Virus record (IMG/VR): IMGVR_UViG_3300037110_000087
Location: 62,001-126,000 of that record
Strand: one strand, 5' to 3'
Length of the DNA: 64,000 nt
The notes beneath the pieces are model-generated. The model ran no database searches and was not told the DNA's origin. It saw only the letters and a program-made list of their open reading frames with translations. The position numbers and the translations under genes were made by a program. Within the stretch, counting starts at the first letter, position 1; each line of letters opens with the position of its first letter. Positions 58,312-64,000 of the stretch are shown here, one piece after another.

Positions 58312-59181
58312 ATGACGAAGCTAAAATTCAAAGCAAAGAAAACCAAGAAATACCCTACTATTACCTTTCACAAGGATAACAAGTCAGGCAATGACAAGAG
58401 TGCTGTCAAGCCTCTGAAGAAAAAGGCTTCACCTACCTCCATTCTCTTTGTGGATGAGATTGAAGGTGTACTACACGAACATATTATCAACTGTGAAGCT
58501 ACTGCTCCTCCTGAGGAGATCCTTAGGGCAGTTGATATGGCATGCTTCGAGGGAGATGAAGAAGCACTCAATGAGAGTGGGCCACTCCGCCTAGTCTCTG
58601 ATACCACAATTGATGGTAATCGCGTTATCGAAGCTTGTTTTGGTGATAGAAATCATCAGGCTTGGATTGCAATTGGTCCTACTGCCAAAAGGGCTATCAC
58701 TAAAGCTTCTGATATGGATTTTGAAGCATCCGTCAAGACCGCTCTCAAACCAACCGAAGTGAAAATGAATCCGGGTTCCGAGAAGGGTCCCAAGGGCGAA
58801 CAGAACAAGGAGACTGTTGCTCAGAAGCCAATTATCACAGTCGAACCGGGCGAGAAAGATAAGGTAGAAAAGAAAGCTGCTGGAGAATGGGGTCCCGGTT
58901 CGGGAGCGATTTCCGGATCCTTGGCAGACAGGCTCAATCAGGCGAAAGCTTTCCCTGAGCGAATAAGCAGGGGTAAGTTCGAGCTTTGCAAATTCACTGA
59001 TGAAGTAGATCCCAGCACACAATGCTATGAAAATGACGGTCCTTGCGTTGGTTTCGAGGGTTGTGAGCTTTATCTTGATGATCATCCAGAAGGGTCTGAC
59101 AGAGGTGGTTATGTCGTTTTCTGCGAACTGAATGGGGAAACTGCTCATTTCGATGAAGGCATGGGTGACTGGGTGGACTAA
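58312..59181 (+). CDS. Leader/YPTI-module polyprotein-like protein with two acidic segments
   Basis: One YPTI module and one KTAL..KGP module; SD AGGAGG. Confidence 0.75.
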   Translation: MTKLKFKAKKTKKYPTITFHKDNKSGNDKSAVKPLKKKASPTSILFVDEIEGVLHEHIINCEATAPPEEILRAVDMACFEGDEEALNESGPLRLVSDTTIDGNRVIEACFGDRNHQAWIAIGPTAKRAITKASDMDFEASVKTALKPTEVKMNPGSEKGPKGEQNKETVAQKPIITVEPGEKDKVEKKAAGEWGPGSGAISGSLADRLNQAKAFPERISRGKFELCKFTDEVDPSTQCYENDGPCVGFEGCELYLDDHPEGSDRGGYVVFCELNGETAHFDEGMGDWVD

Positions 59182-59188
59182 CAAAGCA

Positions 59189-59629
59189 ATGAAGCTCCAT
59201 CTGGTCGCTAATATCAGGAAAGCAATCATCACCCAGCATACAGACCTGGGTGGTGAACCCATGAGTCCTATCATGGAAGCCATCTATTGGTGCCTGATCT
59301 TCAATATTGAGCGTTTTGTATCAGTTAGGGAACAAAAACAAGAATGGAATGGGTTCAAAAGCATTGTTCCCAATCCTGATGAAAAGCCAACTCGTAAGAT
59401 GATTGGGAATGAAAAACCCCTCTCCTACCTCATGGTCAAATATTATTGGAAAGCGTTGAAACTCGATCGAGTTTTAGATCAGGAGATCAAGGATCATTAT
59501 CTTTTTGAGATTGATGCAGATTCTGAAGAGGAACTTATTGCTAGATTCGATCAAATCCTACAAATGATTGAAGGTCATGTCTGGGATCTTATCCTCGCCA
59601 GAAAAAAGGCCGACGATTTAAAACCCTAG
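59189..59629 (+). CDS. Leader-bearing hypothetical protein
   Basis: Start moved to MKLHLVANIRKA, just after the upstream stop. Confidence 0.7.
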   Translation: MKLHLVANIRKAIITQHTDLGGEPMSPIMEAIYWCLIFNIERFVSVREQKQEWNGFKSIVPNPDEKPTRKMIGNEKPLSYLMVKYYWKALKLDRVLDQEIKDHYLFEIDADSEEELIARFDQILQMIEGHVWDLILARKKADDLKP

Positions 59630-59673
59630 TCAATAAATGTTAAACTGGAGGAGAAATCCTCTGGAGTTAACTT

Positions 59674-60372
59674 ATGTCTGATCAGCAAGACCAATCAATC
59701 GATAGCCTCTTAGGTCAAATTGATGATACCTTTGATCCGACCTCTTATATCCCCACCGAACTGACTAACCATGTCTGTTGCGTCTGTGCTCTCCCTATCG
59801 GCCAGAGGATGGAACTTGAGAAGGAATTGTTCGAAACCTTCGATATTGAGGCATCAGTCACTAAGAATGCTCCTATCACTCTCCGAGATATTAGGAAGCA
59901 TCTGACTGAGTGTGTGGTGGAGAGAGATTCCATTATCCAGACTGGCAAGATGATTGGAGAACTTCAGGCCCAGCTCAGTTTGTTTGTCGAGGAGATGGAC
60001 AAATATCGGCTCTTGATTAATTCTAGTGAAAAGAATCCTGATATGATGCTGGCCTATAATGATATGTTTAAGAACTTCCGGACCTCAGTGGACTCAATTC
60101 GCAAGTACAATCCCCCACAGAGACAGGCCGAGGATATTAAGAATAACGCCATTAAGCCCTTGGTAATTCAGCTGCTCAGGACTACTATTGAGCAGTTCCG
60201 TAATACCAAGGACTATGTGGTAAATGCTTTTCCAGAGGCCAAGGACCGGATGGAAGAATCTTTTAGAATTGCCCTGAAGAACTGGGGTGAAATTGCTGAG
60301 TCCCAGCATAAACAATCATTAGTGAAAATGGCCGAGATCCTTGGGGTCCAACCCTCTGATCTAATGAAATAG
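59674..60372 (+). CDS. Helical protein with CxxC...H motif; possibly terminase small subunit-like DNA-binding protein
   Basis: VCCVC...DIRKHLTEC followed by a coiled-coil; function weakly inferred. Confidence 0.4.
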   Translation: MSDQQDQSIDSLLGQIDDTFDPTSYIPTELTNHVCCVCALPIGQRMELEKELFETFDIEASVTKNAPITLRDIRKHLTECVVERDSIIQTGKMIGELQAQLSLFVEEMDKYRLLINSSEKNPDMMLAYNDMFKNFRTSVDSIRKYNPPQRQAEDIKNNAIKPLVIQLLRTTIEQFRNTKDYVVNAFPEAKDRMEESFRIALKNWGEIAESQHKQSLVKMAEILGVQPSDLMK

Positions 60373-60377
60373 AGGTT

Positions 60378-60566
60378 TTGATGAAAGTACATTTACAAGC
60401 AACAGTTATTAAAACAGGCAGAGGCAAGGTAACTCTCCATACCGAGTTCAAGAAGCTGAAGAATGAGACTCCAGCCTATGTGAAGGACAATATTGGTGTA
60501 GATATCGAGAAAGATATGGACAAGACTGTGGACTACATGAAAGAATCGGGCGAGTATCCAAAATAA
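60378..60566 (+). CDS. Small leader-bearing protein
   Basis: MKVHLQA start; SD GAGG. Confidence 0.6.
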   Translation: MMKVHLQATVIKTGRGKVTLHTEFKKLKNETPAYVKDNIGVDIEKDMDKTVDYMKESGEYPK

Positions 60567-60594
60567 TTCATTAAATCTTGCAAAGGTTAAATAC

Positions 60595-60623
60595 TTGACA
60601 ATACAGCTGTCAGAACTTATAAT
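60595..60623 (+). promoter_or_regulatory. Perfect sigma70 promoter TTGACA-N17-TATAAT
   Basis: Exact consensus. Confidence 0.9.
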
Positions 60624-60655
60624 GTGATGACTCTTAACAATGTCAAGGAGATTTA

Positions 60656-61300
60656 ATGAGTGGAACCGCTAAACCCGCATCCAAGAAACCAGCAACTGTA
60701 GTTCTTGATCAACTATGCAAAGAAGGTAACGCTGTTTATCTTCGCAATGTCCTGCAGAAGAGCAAGGGCGTGATGGGTGATCTTGTGGTGGCCCTGAAAG
60801 ATCCAATCGCGGACAAGGCCATTACCCTGTCAGTTCCTCGTAATTCCATCGTCTGTGCATCTGATCAAGTTACCAGTGAGGCTCTTAGAGGCTCTACTGA
60901 TCTCCGTCGCTATCTCCGTGAGGGATATTTGGAGATCATGACTCAGGATGAGTATGATGAAATTGCTGCAACTGAACCCCGTTTGATCGAGAAGAGCAAG
61001 ACCGAATTAAACCGCATGAACCGCACTGCTGCTGGCAATGGCAATGGTGATCAGGAAGCACCCAAGCAGGTCGGCAAGGGTGAGAATAAGAAGCCCGATG
61101 CCGCTCCTGATTACATTAGACCGGCTCTGGCCCAGGTCATCTCTCGTGCTCAGTTCGAAGATGGTGACGAAGGCGACTTGCTGCTTGACTTCAAGGCTCT
61201 GATTCCCTTTACCGGGATTGAGATTAGCCATCTGCAGTCCTCAATCAACACCATCCCCGATACCCTGAGAGACATTCGTCAGTTCATTATCGAGATGTAG
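60656..61300 (+). CDS. Hypothetical protein in its own transcription unit
   Basis: SD AAGGAG; STDLRRYLREGYLEI motif. Confidence 0.7.
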   Translation: MSGTAKPASKKPATVVLDQLCKEGNAVYLRNVLQKSKGVMGDLVVALKDPIADKAITLSVPRNSIVCASDQVTSEALRGSTDLRRYLREGYLEIMTQDEYDEIAATEPRLIEKSKTELNRMNRTAAGNGNGDQEAPKQVGKGENKKPDAAPDYIRPALAQVISRAQFEDGDEGDLLLDFKALIPFTGIEISHLQSSINTIPDTLRDIRQFIIEM

Positions 61301-61343
61301 GCACCAAATCTACCACGACAATGGTAGCTGCAAATGTTAACTT

Positions 61344-61380
61344 GGGGGTCACATCTTAAATTGATGTGACCCCCCCTGTT
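61344..61380 (+). terminator. Rho-independent terminator
   Basis: gggggtcacatc-ttaaatt-gatgtgaccccc followed by tgttt. Confidence 0.8.
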
Positions 61381-61391
61381 TAGGAGACACA

Positions 61392-61826
61392 ATGATTACT
61401 GTTCATAGAAACCTCTGTCATCGAGATGAAGCAACTGTCGTCGTTGATCCCAAGGGGCTTGTCTTTTCAATTGATGCTGATGGTCATACACCGGTTGCGC
61501 ATATCATGCAGGCTAAAGTCTATCTACGTACTTTCGCAATTTGTCTACCATTGGAAGATAGTGATCCTTTGGATGAGAACAGAGATGAAATAGAGTTAGG
61601 TAAACATAAAGAGTTGCGGGATAGGTTTGCGGAAAAAGCAAAATTCTGCGCTGCTCAGCATTGCTCAGCAACTGCTAATTATAAAGATGATAAATATACT
61701 GGGGTCATTCTCTTCAGAACTCCACCCACCAGTATCTATATCGAAGAGATTGGCAAATTTTATCATTACGCTGTTGGTGCGGTGATGGCAACAGTTGGAG
61801 AAGTTTCACTAGAGCATTTGCGCTAA
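61392..61826 (+). CDS. Hypothetical protein
   Basis: SD AGGAG. Confidence 0.65.
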   Translation: MITVHRNLCHRDEATVVVDPKGLVFSIDADGHTPVAHIMQAKVYLRTFAICLPLEDSDPLDENRDEIELGKHKELRDRFAEKAKFCAAQHCSATANYKDDKYTGVILFRTPPTSIYIEEIGKFYHYAVGAVMATVGEVSLEHLR

Positions 61827-62017
61827 TGTCTCAAGATTGGGAAGTTGAGCCACTAAGTATGGATGTCTTTGGTAATATTAGTGAGGGTTTCGCCCTGATT
61901 GGACGAGAACCCTTCAGACTAATTCAAATGACCTTCGGTCCCGAGAAAGCTCAACAAGTAGCAGGGACCCTACGCGCTATTGCAGATCGACTAGATCGAT
62001 TGGGAGAACAGAAATGA
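61826..62017 (+). CDS. Small hypothetical protein
   Basis: TAATG coupling. Confidence 0.6.
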   Translation: MSQDWEVEPLSMDVFGNISEGFALIGREPFRLIQMTFGPEKAQQVAGTLRAIADRLDRLGEQK

Positions 62018-62559
62018 ACCTTTTCAAGAAATATCTAGACAGACTCATGGGTCGGTCCATGACCATTCAGGCCAACAATGTCTTCCTCGATATAGACTAT
62101 CGACAAGACGGCTTATTAATCACACGGACCACTGATGAGCGAATTGACTGTACTTTTCTTCTGTACAGACATTTAGTCCAGTTGATTCTCCTCCGTGGAC
62201 AATTAGTAGAGAAAGATGTTTTGCCTGTTATTAACAACATCAGGAGTATTGATCTGAGTACCACCCTAGATTCAGTAAACTTTGCTGTTCGTTGGGAAAA
62301 TAAAGAAGTCCAGTCTCAGGCAACCTGGAGGTTGGATTATGGAATGAAAAAGTCAGAATTTGAGGAATACGTCTTTTCCTGGTATGAAACTAGAGGCATC
62401 AAAGTCCCTAAGTTGGATTATTTAATCACGAGAGATAAGACCACACGACAGACCAAAAGAGCGGAACCAGATCCTAATCTTGGACACAAATTAGTGGAAC
62501 GACTTGATGCAAAAAGAGATAGTATCATAGCTCGCAATGGATCCGGAGCCAATGCTTAA
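62014..62559 (+). CDS. Hypothetical protein
   Basis: ATGA coupling. Confidence 0.65.
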   Translation: MNLFKKYLDRLMGRSMTIQANNVFLDIDYRQDGLLITRTTDERIDCTFLLYRHLVQLILLRGQLVEKDVLPVINNIRSIDLSTTLDSVNFAVRWENKEVQSQATWRLDYGMKKSEFEEYVFSWYETRGIKVPKLDYLITRDKTTRQTKRAEPDPNLGHKLVERLDAKRDSIIARNGSGANA

Positions 62560-62710
62560 GCATTGGCTAAAGCAATTATTCTGCAAGCACATTTTTGTTT
62601 TTGAGAGCAATATTCATGGCGATATGATCAATTACTTCGGAGGAGCTAGGAGTATCTGGATCTGCTCTAAGTGTCGAAAGACCAAGTTTGAGAAATTTCT
62701 CCATTAAGAT

Positions 62711-62738
62711 AATGAGAGGGGCCGAATGGCCCCTCATT
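62711..62738. terminator. GC-rich hairpin followed by an extended -10 (TGT-TATACT at 62738-62746)
   Basis: aatgagaggggcc-gaat-ggcccctcatt. Confidence 0.55.
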
Positions 62739-62765
62739 GTTATACTAGTATAGAGATACACACAC

Positions 62766-64000
62766 ATGGCCGCTTTTACTGTACCTACTCCACAAAGTCT
62801 AGATCAGACTCGCTTACAAAATATTTCCCAGAATCCACCTGTTCCTACTGATCCTCAATTAGTAGCCCTGGCTCAGCAGCAGCAGTTGATTGGGATTGCG
62901 CAGCCTGCCCAGCCATTGACCTCAGCTACCACTGGTCTATATAGTCTACTGGGAGGAGTATCCCAGCTTCAGCAGACAGTCGCTCAGCCCATTCAGCAGG
63001 TCCAGACCGTTATTCAGACCGCGCAAAGAGCCGGTCGTGATATTAGTGGTGTGATCAACAACTTCAATACCCTCAAGAACAGTATCTTCGGTTCTCCAGA
63101 TAATGCTAAACAAAATGCAGCTATTGCCACGGCTCCAATCAAAGGAAACCCTACTGTAACCTATTCCCCGACTGTTGAGTCTGCGGACTATATTAAGGAT
63201 CACAACAAACAGATCAACCAGTCTCAACTAGCTACAAAACCTCCTGCAGCTACTGCTAGATCGATTATTGCCGGGTCCTCAGTAGCATGGGTCCTTACGA
63301 CATCAGAACGACAGGCCCTTTGTGGTCAGGATAAATCACACATATATGATCCCATTCAGTTTTATGTTAATCCTAGCCATATTATTTATGATTTTGAGTT
63401 GAATGAGTCTCTCGAATTCAGTCAGAAAGGATATTTCTATAGCAATTGGGTTGCTACCGATGTAGCGAATCGTATTCCCGCGATCAAGATTAATTTTACC
63501 TTCCAATCCAGTAATATCCTCCCTGAGACCTATGCTACTGATACCACTATTCATTTAAATGGTAAAGCGATCAATAATGTAAGTGATTATAAGGAACCAC
63601 CAGGAATAGACAATTTCTATCGCATTCTTGATATATTCAATAGTGATCAGACTATGGATGGATCAATATTCAATGATACCAATTTAGGTAAAAAACTAGA
63701 TGGTCAACCCAACTTTTGTATCCTACAAATTTCTACTAGAATCTTCCCTCTACTGACGCTTTATGGATTCTTTACTACTGGATTGAATTTACAGGAAGAA
63801 GCTATTAATCCTTTGGGTTTTGAGACCCAATTGAGTTTTATTGCTCTTAAATCTGATCCAAATTGGTGGGAATTTCAAAAGATCAGTGATAGATATAATA
63901 ATTTCTACAAATCTTGGATCAGCGGATCCCAATTAGCAGGAACAACTTCTTCTCAGATTCAATTTAGTATAAATGCAGCATTGAACACAGCCAATACTCT
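62766..64000 (+). CDS. Putative baseplate/tube-initiator-type protein, 3'-truncated by the window edge
   Basis: Hand translation from ATG 62766 stays open to the window end; Gln-rich N-terminus; IQFYVNPSHI, INFTFQSSN, LTLYGFFT. Confidence 0.6.
   Translation, partial: MAAFTVPTPQSLDQTRLQNISQNPPVPTDPQLVALAQQQQLIGIAQPAQPLTSATTGLYSLLGGVSQLQQTVAQPIQQVQTVIQTAQRAGRDISGVINNFNTLKNSIFGSPDNAKQNAAIATAPIKGNPTVTYSPTVESADYIKDHNKQINQSQLATKPPAATARSIIAGSSVAWVLTTSERQALCGQDKSHIYDPIQFYVNPSHIIYDFELNESLEFSQKGYFYSNWVATDVANRIPAIKINFTFQSSNILPETYATDTTIHLNGKAINNVSDYKEPPGIDNFYRILDIFNSDQTMDGSIFNDTNLGKKLDGQPNFCILQISTRIFPLLTLYGFFTTGLNLQEEAINPLGFETQLSFIALKSDPNWWEFQKISDRYNNFYKSWISGSQLAGTTSSQIQFSINAALNTANT

Noticed and set aside
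57283-58428. CRISPR array or DNA recombination cassette at the repeated modules
   Set aside because: Repeats are in-frame, irregularly spaced and differ at synonymous positions, which indicates protein-level conservation.
1-64000. tRNA, rRNA, introns, inteins, IS elements
   Set aside because: No T-loop/acceptor-stem pattern, rRNA-like stretch, transposase or intein signature noticed by eye; a covariance search was not run.

Overview
A 64-kb, gene-dense segment of a large (jumbo-type) contractile-tailed bacteriophage using the standard genetic code, with Shine-Dalgarno sites and consensus sigma70 promoters. It carries morphogenesis genes (HK97-type major capsid protein, probable scaffold and decoration proteins, head-tail adaptor, 968-aa tail sheath, tail tube, many collagen/CBM/Mtd_N fibre proteins), replication and recombination genes (RecA-like recombinase, DnaG-like primase, Cas4-like nuclease) and accessory genes (SET domain, RlaP-like nucleotidyltransferase, HAD nucleotidase, glycosyltransferase, PhoH, hemerythrin, MoxR AAA+ and VWA-metallopeptidase). 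The most striking unexplained signal is that about 13 otherwise unrelated proteins, in several separate clusters, begin with the same short leader, M-(x)-[KR]-L-[HNKT]-[LF]-x-A. The leader is usually followed by a basic stretch ending in K/R-x-A. Several of these proteins also share longer peptide modules (YPTIxFxKxNxSGNDKSAVxPLKKKA, five copies; E[IL][TS]xxDxxxLxx[MW]GIKG, three copies) that alternate with variable acidic cargo domains, including ADP-ribosyltransferase-like domains. I infer a capsid-targeting, protease-release cargo system for injected effectors. Other notable items are a GreA-fold protein lacking the catalytic acidic tip, expressed leaderless from a perfect promoter, a stand-alone DUF3696-like domain and two frameshifted genes. 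Family assignments come from motif recognition by eye; no database searches were run.
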